A DNA stretch of 64,000 nucleotides from Gammaproteobacteria bacterium (GTDB taxonomy: Bacteria > Pseudomonadota > Gammaproteobacteria > Eutrophobiales > Eutrophobiaceae): contig CBDCTH010000012.1 of the NCBI GenBank assembly GCA_965222155.1, forward strand, positions 800,001-864,000. Direction: 5' to 3'. Below are positions 27,732 to 37,784 of the stretch, piece after piece; the first letter of the stretch is position 1, and each line of letters begins with the position of its first letter. The notes under the pieces are model-generated. The model was not told the origin of the DNA, did no database searches, and saw nothing but the letters and a program-made list of their open reading frames with translations. The translations under genes were made by a program, and so were the position numbers.

Positions 27732-29068
27732 GATCACCTACTGATAAAACTTCTTTATTAGCCTATGCATTGCCGGCTATCCCGTTAGCTATGCTGGGTA
27801 TGCCGCTGATCATTTATGTTCCGCCATTCTACGCTTCGGAACTCGGACTGGAGTTGGCCGCAGTAGGCGGTATTTTTTTCATAGCCCGCGCCTGGGATGC
27901 GATAACAGACCCCCTCATCGGTCATTTTTCCGATCAGACCCGTGGGGCCTGGGGACGTCGCAAACCCTGGATCGTGATTGGGGTGCCTTTGTTGATGATC
28001 AGTCTGTACCTGTTTCTGAGCCCACCCATCGCCGCCAGTAAAGCCTACCTGTTCGTCGTGGCGCTGGTATTTTATGTCGCCTGGACCACCGTACAGATTC
28101 CCTATTTATCCTGGGGCGCTGAATTGTCGCGGGATTATACGGTACGAACCCGTATCAACGGATACCGCGAGACGGGCACCATGATAGGGGTTATCCTGGC
28201 GACACTGCTCCCTGTCCTGTTTCTGAGAGAAGAAAATCCAGCGTTGCGGGATATATTATGGGTCTACGTCGTGTTCCTGTTGGTGTTAATTCCCCTTGCA
28301 ACATCCATCGCAACGGCAATCACACCGAAAACCCCGTTTGTTGAATCCGGCAAACACGGTTTATTGTTCGGTCTGAGACTCTTGTCGGGGAATAAACCAT
28401 ATCTCCGCTTGATCATAGGCATCTTTTTTCTCTGGCTGGGCGGCAGTGTGATGAATGCCTCGCTTATATTCACGTTCGAGCATATATTACAGATGCCGCG
28501 TTCGGCGTTTTTAAAATTCGTGCTCATACAATATGTGATCGGTATTGTTTGCCTGCCGTTATGGGTCAGGTTCGGTAACCGGTATGGCCGCCATAGGGCC
28601 TTGGTATGGGGTGGCTTTGGCTACCTGGCAGTCCAACCCTTGTACCTGCTGGTAGCTCCCGGTGATTTTTCACAGTTATTATTGGTTGCCCTCGTGCATG
28701 GGCCGATCATCTCGGTTATCTGGGTGATGCCGCCGGCACTGGTGGCGGACACGATTGAATACGGCATGATGAAAGGGGGCAGTGATGACGCGGCGATATA
28801 TATGGCCATTTATAATTTTATGGTGAAGGTCGCATTTGCGGGTGGTGTCGGCATTGCCTTGCCGCTGCTTGGGGTTTTAGGGTTTCAACCGGTGGCTGAG
28901 AATGACGCGCAGGCTATACAAGGTCTTACGTTCGTTGCGCTGTTCCTTCCCGCCATCATAGGATTTGCCGGCGCCGTCATGCTGTATAACTACCCCATCA
29001 ACAAACACCGGCACGGCGTCATACGACGCTGGCTGGCGAGAAAGAACCTCTCCCCTGAATTACAATAA
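27728..29068 (+). CDS. GPH/MelB-like MFS transporter
   Basis: WDAITDPLIG..SD.TR..WGRRKPW, IPY..WGAELS.DY..R. Confidence 0.9.
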   Translation: MRSPTDKTSLLAYALPAIPLAMLGMPLIIYVPPFYASELGLELAAVGGIFFIARAWDAITDPLIGHFSDQTRGAWGRRKPWIVIGVPLLMISLYLFLSPPIAASKAYLFVVALVFYVAWTTVQIPYLSWGAELSRDYTVRTRINGYRETGTMIGVILATLLPVLFLREENPALRDILWVYVVFLLVLIPLATSIATAITPKTPFVESGKHGLLFGLRLLSGNKPYLRLIIGIFFLWLGGSVMNASLIFTFEHILQMPRSAFLKFVLIQYVIGIVCLPLWVRFGNRYGRHRALVWGGFGYLAVQPLYLLVAPGDFSQLLLVALVHGPIISVIWVMPPALVADTIEYGMMKGGSDDAAIYMAIYNFMVKVAFAGGVGIALPLLGVLGFQPVAENDAQAIQGLTFVALFLPAIIGFAGAVMLYNYPINKHRHGVIRRWLARKNLSPELQ

Positions 29069-29089
29069 TTATTGAAGTTTTCAACCATT

Positions 29090-31834
29090 TCACTTCATTG
29101 CCCCTTTGTCGGGATGATACCAGATCGGTGAGGTCCAGGCGCGTTCCCGGATCGTGGCAGGTACTTCCGCCGGCAGTTCCCAGCCCATGCGTATTGCGTC
29201 CCACGTGCTCCAGCGGCAGGTGGGATTCTCTATCACTCTCGCATAGTAAAAGGCGGGCGCCGCAGCGTCGAACTCGGGGTCGAGCCAGACGCTGACCATT
29301 TCCGCGTCTCCCTTGTCCGGGGAATGACTGCAATCATCCGGATCAACCGTTGCACCGTTATCCGGGCAGCGGTAATTCGCCGGTTCCAGCCCGTCTGAAC
29401 ACGCCACGTCGAAGACCCTCTCATGGGTTTCCCCGTCCGCCAGCCAGCCCTTGATAACCTGCAAGCGCTGCAGCGGGGCGCTGTCAGGGTCCCGGATGGC
29501 GGTGATAAGAAACCGGGGAATATTCGTTCGATTCCCGGACGCTGGGAGATTTCCACCCATTGCGACGCCATTTGCGTATGCTGCCTGGATCATGTCCGGT
29601 TGCCCGCGAATGGAATCATTAAAGGACCACCCGGCGAACATCCTTATACGGATGCGCGGGCCACTGGTCGCAAATGTCTCCTTGCGCTTCAAGGCGGCAA
29701 AGATCGACTCCCGGGTGTTCTCCTCAGCCCATACGCCGGTAAGGCCCGCCGCGCTGTACTTGATATTTTGACTGGTTATCGAACCCCCATGACGCCTGGT
29801 TTCCGGCGTGGCGTCGCCGGTCCCAATCTTCCCGGTATAGTTGTCTTCCTCAACCGGGACGCTGGCATTGTGTGAATCACTGCTGCCGACAAGACCGAAT
29901 TGATACGGATTAATGCCGATCTCTCTGTCAATTTGCAGCCCGGTCTTAAGGGCATCACGAACGTAACTGCCCCTGACAACTCCGTTTCTTCCACTGCCTC
30001 CCATCAATTCTTCAAGCAACTCGAAGGATGCCCATTCGTCCGTAGCAGACAACAGTGGATGTGTCTCTGATGTGCCTTTAATCTGCAGGAGTTCAACCAG
30101 TGGCTCGTTGCGCATGCGGGTCTCAGCGTAGTCACGGTCGATAGGCTGCCCTTCGGACTGATAGAGCGGGAACATGCGGCCGTCGCTCAGGTTGGAATTA
30201 TGCGGGATCGCAATGACATCGGCACCATCGCGCCGTGCCTGCTCCATATACTCCCACAGGTCCTCCGGTTTTATGCTGTCAAAAGCCGATAGCGGTCGGG
30301 TGGGGATTGTGCCGGCGCCGCCCTGGAAAATGACGTTGCGGTGCAGGTTGGCGCCGTCGGGCGTGGCCGACCACTCAAAGGCGATAAAGGTTGTGAAGGT
30401 TCCGGGTTTGTAATGGCGTTCCGCGGCCGCTATGGTGTCCGACCACAGTGTTCGCAGCGTGTCTCCCCCAACCAGTTCCGACAGCGCGCGATTCCCGAAA
30501 ATACCGGCTTTAAATGTTTCCACCGCACGGGCCAGCATCGATTTTTCCTTGCTATAGAGTTGTTTGGCCAGTTGCAGGGTGAACAGTGGACTGGTGGGGT
30601 CTCCCATTGCATTCAACACCCCAAGGTATTCGGCATGGTCCGTGACAGCCATAAAGTCCAGCGGTGTTTTAATCCGGATGTGCCGGCCGCTCACGTGTTT
30701 GACAGGTTCTCCCCGGGCATAACGATAAGCGTCGTCAGGATATCCTAAAGCCCCGAACGCGAAGGCATCGACAGACAGGCGGGTATGCACATGCAGGTCA
30801 CCGAAATAAGCATTTCTTGTTGCAGGATATGCAGTATGTTTATGCAACCTGGAATCGTTGACCCAGATTTCCACAACCTTGCCCGATTGATTAAAACGCA
30901 GTATCGCTTCGCCGGTCAGGGTTACCGGCGCCTGAGTGGGTTCAATATCGTCATAGCGTGTCCGTAACGAACCCGTTGCCCGCCAGCGTATGGCGCCCAT
31001 GGACCAGGCGGAGAGTTTTGCCTCAAGGTTGATGACCAGGTCCGGAAACGCCTGCCAGCGCGTCCGGCAATAGTCTGTAAACTCATTCAGCCTGCGCGGG
31101 CCGTTGCCGATACCATGTACGATGACGTCTTCATCAAAGAATGCCAGGAAGCGGTTTTCACGCTCCACGGGATCATGAATCAGGTTGAAGGCTGCCGCCA
31201 TTGCGTCGAGGCGGCCGTAGACTGCCCGTTCGCTCAAACCCGGGCCGTTAAGCCGTGCGGCAAGTTGCCGGCCTTCCTGAATACCGGCCTCGCCCTTGAT
31301 TTGCGCAAGCCGGTAGGCGTGGTCATGGTTTGACCAGCGTTCGGCGATCAGGCCGCTTGCATCGAGTCGGAAGAACGTTTGGCCGCGAATGGCGACCAGC
31401 TTGCGGTTCATCGCCACGCCGTCGAAAGTGCCCGTCATATATCCGAGAGAATGATACCGTTGTGCCGCCATCGGGCCGGCAACGATCAACTCGTCACTGA
31501 CCAGTACGCTGTCCTCGAATGTGCCGAACAAGCCGCGATAGAATTCCCTGACTGCGGCGTAATCGGCAGCGACATCCGGCAACAGACCATGTGCGCGTAC
31601 AGAGGGCGAGAAGGTGGCCATATAATTTTCATAGGCTTCATCCGGGTCGCCTTGCTGGTTGATTACCGCATCCATGTCGTGCAATCGCTGCCTTGTGTGC
31701 GCGCTGGTGATTTCCCAATCCGTTGCGCCAGCGGCGTTCAAGGGGTAGGCGAACAGTACCGTCAGGATTAGGATGGTAAATCTGGCAGGTACAAAAAAGC
31801 CCCACAGACCGACCGTCTGTAGGGCTTGATACAT
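29090..31834 (-). CDS. Exported fusion: two SnoaL-like ester-cyclase domains plus a DUF3604 domain
   Basis: Signal peptide; two NTF2-like units (GTF.G...GQTFFR...IAERW; AFPDL...G..ILRF...GKVVE.W); then AYFGDLHVHT, DF.AVTDHAE, HRNVIF, IPHNSN, SDSH, ERAWTSPIWY. Confidence 0.8.
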   Translation of the reverse strand: MYQALQTVGLWGFFVPARFTILILTVLFAYPLNAAGATDWEITSAHTRQRLHDMDAVINQQGDPDEAYENYMATFSPSVRAHGLLPDVAADYAAVREFYRGLFGTFEDSVLVSDELIVAGPMAAQRYHSLGYMTGTFDGVAMNRKLVAIRGQTFFRLDASGLIAERWSNHDHAYRLAQIKGEAGIQEGRQLAARLNGPGLSERAVYGRLDAMAAAFNLIHDPVERENRFLAFFDEDVIVHGIGNGPRRLNEFTDYCRTRWQAFPDLVINLEAKLSAWSMGAIRWRATGSLRTRYDDIEPTQAPVTLTGEAILRFNQSGKVVEIWVNDSRLHKHTAYPATRNAYFGDLHVHTRLSVDAFAFGALGYPDDAYRYARGEPVKHVSGRHIRIKTPLDFMAVTDHAEYLGVLNAMGDPTSPLFTLQLAKQLYSKEKSMLARAVETFKAGIFGNRALSELVGGDTLRTLWSDTIAAAERHYKPGTFTTFIAFEWSATPDGANLHRNVIFQGGAGTIPTRPLSAFDSIKPEDLWEYMEQARRDGADVIAIPHNSNLSDGRMFPLYQSEGQPIDRDYAETRMRNEPLVELLQIKGTSETHPLLSATDEWASFELLEELMGGSGRNGVVRGSYVRDALKTGLQIDREIGINPYQFGLVGSSDSHNASVPVEEDNYTGKIGTGDATPETRRHGGSITSQNIKYSAAGLTGVWAEENTRESIFAALKRKETFATSGPRIRIRMFAGWSFNDSIRGQPDMIQAAYANGVAMGGNLPASGNRTNIPRFLITAIRDPDSAPLQRLQVIKGWLADGETHERVFDVACSDGLEPANYRCPDNGATVDPDDCSHSPDKGDAEMVSVWLDPEFDAAAPAFYYARVIENPTCRWSTWDAIRMGWELPAEVPATIRERAWTSPIWYHPDKGAMK

Positions 31835-31857
31835 CCGTGACGCTCCGCGGTAACTGA

Positions 31858-34266
31858 TTAGTAGCGGTAGGTCATGGTAGCGCCAACAAAACGCGGCGGC
31901 GCCGGGTGGCCCCAGACGCTTGAGTGCCCCAGGATTGTTCCATCAAACGGTATCTGGAACTGGCTCCAGGTATAACGTTTGTCAGCACAGTTGCGGCACC
32001 AGCCTTTTACTTCCCATTTGCCGTCCGTGGAACGCAGCCCGCCATGCAGGTTCAGGAGCTCAAAACCACCGAGTTTGCGGTCGTAGCGGGGTTCGGTAAA
32101 GTTATATTGCTCGCTACGGAAGAACACGTTGCCACCGAGGAACAGTTTCCAGCCGGTATTGGCAAGCGGCTGCTCATAGATAGCGCCCACGGTGCCGGTC
32201 CACTCAGAGGAAAACGGCAGGTTCTCTTCTCCCAGTGGAATAAAACCCGGGGTGGGAGTTAACGGTCCTATTCCTTTATCAAAGGTCGCATCCAGCCATT
32301 GTACTGAAGCGTTGACTCGCAATTCGGCCGTGACGAGCAGGTTGCCCTCAACCTCGACACCCTGTGAGCGCGCGCCGGCAATGTTTTCAACCGCGAAATT
32401 ACCGGTCGGCTGCAAGGTCTGTACCTGCAGGTCCTCAAAGTCGGTACGCCAGGCCGCGACATTCAGGCGCAGCCGCTCATTTAACAGAGTTGATTTGACA
32501 CCGATTTCGTAGTGGTCGGCGAACTCCGACCGGAAAGTCGGGTCGCCCGCGTTGGCGAAGTTGCACACCGGTCCAATCGGTGTACCGCCGGGCGGACATC
32601 CTGCGGGTGAGCCCAGGGCAATCATCGGCCCGGCCGCGTCGCGGGTGAGGCTTATTCCACCGGCCTTGAAGCCATGACTGTAGGTAAAGAACGTCATTAT
32701 ATTGTCGGTCCAGTTATACTGGATACTCGCATTCCCTGTGGGTTCCTCATTCTCAGTTTTCACGTTGTAGTCGTGGACGACCTGCAATGGGAACGTATTG
32801 AAGTTGAAAGGAGGGAACCCAAGGCCGAGGAAACCGACATTATTGGTGGGATGGTCATTCACCAGGCTCGCTTTCTTCTCGTCCCGTGTCCAGCGGAAGC
32901 CACCCGTGATAGCGAGTTTTTCGGTCAACTCCAGGGTGCCGTGGGCAAATATCGCAAAGGTCTCGTCTTCATGTTTGAAGCTGGCCAAAAATGCCCGGCC
33001 GGGTTGGCCGCCGAAAAATCCGGGGGGGAGAAAAGGAGGAAACTGGGGCAGGTACCCTATCTGTGATGCCCAGATGAACTCATTGGAACGTTCGATATCC
33101 TCAGTTGCATAATAGATGCCCAGGGTCCAGTCGAGAGACTGTCCAAAAGCGATGTCCTCAAACAGGCCACGGATGCGGAATTCTTCCGAAAGCAGGCTGA
33201 TCTCCGGCATGTTTTGCTGTGTACGCAGGATATCCACGCCACCGAAGTCGTTATCCTTGATATTGATGTCCTCGTAGTCACGGTAGCCCGTGATGGATGT
33301 CAGTGTCAGGTCTCCAACGTCCCAGTTGATCTCTACGGAAAATCCGCGATCCTCAGCATCCCAGGTTGATGAGAAGTTTGACGCTGACTCAAGATCCTCA
33401 ATATCTGCGGGATGTTTCTCAGTGGCGCCGTTGGCTTGCGCCAGGGGCAGATTGACTAGAGGTACGAACGGGTCACTGATGATATCGAGCGGCTGGCAGC
33501 AAGACTCCTCCAGTTCGCTGTAATCAGCGGCAATGCGCACGCTCAGGTTCTCATCAGGCTCCCACAGCAGTTGACCTTTGATGTTCCAGCGATCCAGGTC
33601 GCGTTCGTCTTTGCCGGTTGAGAGATTATCTATCCAGCCATCACCGGTAGCGACCGAAGCAGTGAGGCGCGCGGCAAGCGTATCGCTGATGGGTATGTTT
33701 ACCATGCCGTTGAAACGGAACCGATCGTGCTCTTCGTACGTCCCCTGAGCCATTGCGCCCATCTTACCCAGTTCCGGTTTCTTGGTAATGAAATGTACCA
33801 CGCCCGCTGTGGAATTCTTGCCGAACAAGGTGCCCTGTGGGCCTTTCAATACCTCCACCCGCTCCAGGTCGACCAGGTCGAACACGGTGGTCAGGCCGCT
33901 GCGGCTGCGGTAAACGCCGTCGATAAAGGTGGCGACGGTCGGCTCGAAACCCATATTGAATACCGATGTTCCGAGTCCCCGCAACGAAAATGATGCACCC
34001 TGGGAAGGTGGGTCTACGGACCGTACTTCCAGGGCCGGCACGGCCTGGCGCAAATCAAATACATCGGTAACCAGGTTAGCCGCCAGGTCCTCATCGCTGA
34101 GCGCACTGACGGATATCGGTACGTCCTGTAAGGATTGTTCGCGCTTCTGCGCGGTGACCACAACTTCTTCAAGCACCGCCTGGGCACCGGAAAAGGTGGA
34201 GACCAACATTAAAAAGAGACCGGGAATAACCGATACGAGATACTTTTTGTGCATAACAACCCCCAT
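31858..34266 (-). CDS. TonB-dependent receptor
   Basis: LEEVVVTAQKREQ, EVLKGPQGTLFGKN, C-terminal YRY. Confidence 0.95.
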   Translation of the reverse strand: MGVVMHKKYLVSVIPGLFLMLVSTFSGAQAVLEEVVVTAQKREQSLQDVPISVSALSDEDLAANLVTDVFDLRQAVPALEVRSVDPPSQGASFSLRGLGTSVFNMGFEPTVATFIDGVYRSRSGLTTVFDLVDLERVEVLKGPQGTLFGKNSTAGVVHFITKKPELGKMGAMAQGTYEEHDRFRFNGMVNIPISDTLAARLTASVATGDGWIDNLSTGKDERDLDRWNIKGQLLWEPDENLSVRIAADYSELEESCCQPLDIISDPFVPLVNLPLAQANGATEKHPADIEDLESASNFSSTWDAEDRGFSVEINWDVGDLTLTSITGYRDYEDINIKDNDFGGVDILRTQQNMPEISLLSEEFRIRGLFEDIAFGQSLDWTLGIYYATEDIERSNEFIWASQIGYLPQFPPFLPPGFFGGQPGRAFLASFKHEDETFAIFAHGTLELTEKLAITGGFRWTRDEKKASLVNDHPTNNVGFLGLGFPPFNFNTFPLQVVHDYNVKTENEEPTGNASIQYNWTDNIMTFFTYSHGFKAGGISLTRDAAGPMIALGSPAGCPPGGTPIGPVCNFANAGDPTFRSEFADHYEIGVKSTLLNERLRLNVAAWRTDFEDLQVQTLQPTGNFAVENIAGARSQGVEVEGNLLVTAELRVNASVQWLDATFDKGIGPLTPTPGFIPLGEENLPFSSEWTGTVGAIYEQPLANTGWKLFLGGNVFFRSEQYNFTEPRYDRKLGGFELLNLHGGLRSTDGKWEVKGWCRNCADKRYTWSQFQIPFDGTILGHSSVWGHPAPPRFVGATMTYRY

Positions 34267-34390
34267 GAAGAAAGATCTACCAGTATTTATTCTAGTACCT
34301 TATGGTAACAGAAATTTATGCGATGCCGCATTTTCCCTATGCAGGGCAACCATAACGCTTCCTGTAATCCTTCCAGGTATCAAATGTCTG

Positions 34391-34804
34391 TCATGCCGGT
34401 TTTGCTGCGAACAACAACCCGTCATCGTAGGACAATATGACCAGTTTAATTGCTGCGTCGTTTTTGATCCTTATCGGTTCATCGATTAATCCCGTAACCA
34501 GTCTGATACCTTCTTCAAGGTCTACAATACCGACGCTGAACGGTATATCATCGCGGAATTGTGTCGCGGCGGCGTGAATAGTCGTCCTTGCATACAGGGT
34601 TCCATGTCCCGACAGTTCAATCCACCCCATTTCGCCAGACCAGCAGTTCGGGCAGTGTTGTCTGGGGGGAAACGTCAGTTCCCCGCATGAAGAGCACACG
34701 GTCGTCAGGAATTTCCCCGACTCAAGCCCGTGTCGGAATGTTTCGCTGAACCCGGAGTATTCCGGCACAAGAGGAAGGCGTCTCGGGACCTTGATAATGT
34801 CCAT
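34391..34804 (-). CDS. Zn-ribbon/OB-fold (DUF35) protein
   Basis: CSSCG...FPP..HCPNC, SG.G.LY..T, V.LEEG.R. Confidence 0.9.
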   Translation of the reverse strand: MDIIKVPRRLPLVPEYSGFSETFRHGLESGKFLTTVCSSCGELTFPPRQHCPNCWSGEMGWIELSGHGTLYARTTIHAAATQFRDDIPFSVGIVDLEEGIRLVTGLIDEPIRIKNDAAIKLVILSYDDGLLFAAKPA

Positions 34805-34806
34805 GG

Positions 34807-35988
34807 TCAGTTACCGGCATCTATTACGTGGGCGAGGGCGGCATTGTAATTTCCCAGTTCACACAGGTGCAATCCCAGGCCGGCGTTGACTACCTGGCGT
34901 TTGCCTGCCCTGTGCAGGAGTTGGTCGAATAATTCGGCAATCCCGTACAGGGCGGTCAGTCCGGGCGGATGTCCCCGGGAGAGACAGCCTCCCGAAGTAC
35001 AGACCGGGATGCGTCCGCCGATCGCAGTCTCGCCGGCGCGTGCGGCAATCGTTCCTCTGCCTTTGTCCACCAGCCCGATTGCTTCGGTGACCAATGCCTC
35101 GGTGATGGTGCAGGGGGCATACAATTCCGCAACATCAATGTGTTCCAGGCTTACACGGGCGTCTTCCAGGGCGCGCGATGTCGCCTGCCGGGCAGCGGGA
35201 AAGTCAGTAATGTCATGAGGTGAATAACCGATCTGATGGCGTCCGTCGTGAGAAAAACCCCGTCCCAATACCCGTATATAGGGTTTGTTGAGTCTGCGTG
35301 CGATCCCTTCAGAAGTGATCACCAGGCAAATGGCGCCATCACTACGCGGCGGCACATCGTAGCGCCCGAGCGGCTCGACAATGGGGTCCTGTTTTATTAC
35401 GTCGTCGACCGTCATTGGAGTCCGGAACTGGGCGAGTGGATTGAGCATGGCATGTTGGCGGTTTTTCACCGCAATCGCGGCAAGGTCGCGGCGGGTGGTC
35501 CCGGTCTCGAACAGGTACCTGTCAGCGTCCAGGGCATACCAGGCAATAGGCGTCAGTCCGAAAGGAGACTGAAAATTTACGTCACCGACAACGCGGACCC
35601 CGCGTTCCATCATGGTCGCGGCATCGACGCCGGAGCTGTATTCTATTCCCAATGCGAGCGCAACGTGTGCCCGTCCGCTGCCGACGTCGGCGCAGGCCTG
35701 GTCAAATGCCAGACCTCCGGTGATGCCCATATTACTGACTTCTGCAATCTGCCCATGACAACGCAGACCCAGTTGGCTCGCCATGAACGTGGAGAAACCC
35801 AGTTGGCGAGTGGCGGGTGTCGGGCTGGTGAACACGGCGGAATCAACATCAACCCTGTCCAGACCGGCTGCGCGAACGGCGTCTATGACCAGCTTCGCCA
35901 GGATTTCCTGTTCAAACTGCGTTTGTTCCAGCCGTCCCACCTTGCTGGCTGCGTAACTGATGAGAACCGGTATTGTATCGTTATTCAC
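34807..35988 (-). CDS. Thiolase-family protein (SCP2/Ltp2-like)
   Basis: AVKNR.HA..NP.AQ, SDGA, DVAELY, SGG.LSRGHP, RQV; paired with DUF35. Confidence 0.88.
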   Translation of the reverse strand: MNNDTIPVLISYAASKVGRLEQTQFEQEILAKLVIDAVRAAGLDRVDVDSAVFTSPTPATRQLGFSTFMASQLGLRCHGQIAEVSNMGITGGLAFDQACADVGSGRAHVALALGIEYSSGVDAATMMERGVRVVGDVNFQSPFGLTPIAWYALDADRYLFETGTTRRDLAAIAVKNRQHAMLNPLAQFRTPMTVDDVIKQDPIVEPLGRYDVPPRSDGAICLVITSEGIARRLNKPYIRVLGRGFSHDGRHQIGYSPHDITDFPAARQATSRALEDARVSLEHIDVAELYAPCTITEALVTEAIGLVDKGRGTIAARAGETAIGGRIPVCTSGGCLSRGHPPGLTALYGIAELFDQLLHRAGKRQVVNAGLGLHLCELGNYNAALAHVIDAGN

Positions 35989-36171
35989 GCTGTTACTTTG
36001 TATGGGGACTTACCCGCAGACCTCACCGTACTGCATGTTATTAACGTAGCATCCTCTTCTGCCGATTGGTTACCTGGATGATATCAACCGCCTGCCATTA
36101 CGGATAATATTACATGTTAAACTGTTATCCGGCTATCAGGCCGACCGGATCATGATGCACAGGTGTAAGAC

Positions 36172-36792
36172 ATGACAAAACAAAAAGCAACGAACGTTCA
36201 TTGGCATCAGGGTGACATCACCCGCGCCGACCGAAACCGGTTTCTGGGGCAGAAAGGAGCGACGCTCTGGTTTACCGGCCTGTCGGGCAGCGGCAAGAGT
36301 ACGATTGCGGTCGCACTGGAGGCAGCCCTGTACGAGCGCGGGAAACTGAGTTACCGGTTGGACGGTGATAATATCCGTATGGGCATAAACAGGAATCTGG
36401 GCTTCTCGGCAGAGGACCGGACGGAGAACATCCGCCGTATCGGCGAGATATCGAAACTGTTTGTGGATGCGGGTCTGCTGGTCTTGTCCGCCTTTATCAG
36501 TCCTTACCGGGAGGACCGCGATCGGGTACGCGAACTGCACCGGGATGCCGGGGTTGATTTTATCGAAATCCACGTGGATTGTTCCCTGGATGTGGCAGAG
36601 CAGCGCGACCCCAAGGGTTTGTACAGGAAAGCCCGGGCAGGACAGATCAAGAACTTTACCGGGATTGACGATCCCTATGAGGAGCCTGAAAACCCGGAAA
36701 TCCATCTCCGTACCGACCGCATGACGCTTGCGGAAGAGGTTGAAATAATTATCGAATATATGAAGGATAAAGGCATTATCCGGATTGATTAG
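36172..36792 (+). CDS. cysC: Adenylyl-sulfate kinase
   Basis: WFTGLSGSGKST, LDGDN.R, DR.ENIRR, RDPKGLY, FTGIDDPYE. Confidence 0.96.
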   Translation: MTKQKATNVHWHQGDITRADRNRFLGQKGATLWFTGLSGSGKSTIAVALEAALYERGKLSYRLDGDNIRMGINRNLGFSAEDRTENIRRIGEISKLFVDAGLLVLSAFISPYREDRDRVRELHRDAGVDFIEIHVDCSLDVAEQRDPKGLYRKARAGQIKNFTGIDDPYEEPENPEIHLRTDRMTLAEEVEIIIEYMKDKGIIRID

Positions 36793-36794
36793 TT

Positions 36795-37784
36795 TTATTC
36801 TTCAACTCCGGGCTTCGGAATCTGCCCCAGGCTGCCCAACAGGGTAACGAAACGCGTCAGTTTTTCCTTTTGCCAGGCGTCGACGTCGATACCGCGGAAA
36901 TCGTAATAACCCCGGCCTTCGCGCAGGCCCCTGCGTCCGTCCTCCATCATCCTTGTTACCTCCTCAGGCGGGGCATGACGCGGCGAATCCAGCGCCTTGG
37001 AGAGGTAGTGGCCGGCGTAGTAGAGAATATCGACGCCGCCCCAGTCTATAAATTCCATTACCCCCAGCGTCGCATAGCGCGGGCCGAAGCCATGGGTAAT
37101 GGCCTTGTCAATCTCTTCCGGTGTGGCCACGCCTTCTTCCACCATGCGGCAGGCCTCGGCCATGAGTAGCGATTGCAGGCGGGGAATAATCAGGCCGGGC
37201 GAGGCAGAACACCTGACCGGCACTTTGCCGATGGATTCGAACAAGGCAATAATGTCACTGACCACACTCTCATCGGTACCCGGTGAGGGACTCACCTCCA
37301 CCAGCGGGATGAGGTAAGCGGGGTTCAAAAAATGCGTGTTCAGAAAGCGTTCCGGTACCGATACCCACTCCTGTAATTCGGTCACCAGCATGGATGAGGT
37401 GGTCGAGGTCACGATGGCATCCTGGCCCGCGTGCTGCCCAACCAGTTCAAGCGCTCGCTGTTTCGCCTCCCGGGTCTCCGGAACCCCTTCAATAATAATA
37501 TCAGCCGCAGCAAGCTCACCGGCGGCGCGCGCGCGCGGCTTGACATGAATAAGATCAAGAACTTTTTTCACCTGTAACGGGCTCAGGTAACCGAGTCCGG
37601 ACAGGAACTTCAGGTTTGCTTCAATTTCAGCCAGGGCGGACTTGACCAGTTGCCTGAACCCGTCCTCATCCCGGTCCTTGACATCAAGCAGCGTTATCGG
37701 GTAGCCCGCATAGGAAAACATGTGGGCAATACCCCTGCCCATGCGCCCGGCGCCGACGGCCACAATGCGTTTATGGGCCATCAA
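36795..37784 (-). CDS. 3-hydroxyacyl-CoA (3-hydroxybutyryl-CoA) dehydrogenase family protein
   Basis: GAGRMG, EGVPE...K, STTS, HFLNP...PLVE, GKVPV, DWGG.D. Confidence 0.88.
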   Translation of the reverse strand: MMAHKRIVAVGAGRMGRGIAHMFSYAGYPITLLDVKDRDEDGFRQLVKSALAEIEANLKFLSGLGYLSPLQVKKVLDLIHVKPRARAAGELAAADIIIEGVPETREAKQRALELVGQHAGQDAIVTSTTSSMLVTELQEWVSVPERFLNTHFLNPAYLIPLVEVSPSPGTDESVVSDIIALFESIGKVPVRCSASPGLIIPRLQSLLMAEACRMVEEGVATPEEIDKAITHGFGPRYATLGVMEFIDWGGVDILYYAGHYLSKALDSPRHAPPEEVTRMMEDGRRGLREGRGYYDFRGIDVDAWQKEKLTRFVTLLGSLGQIPKPGVEE

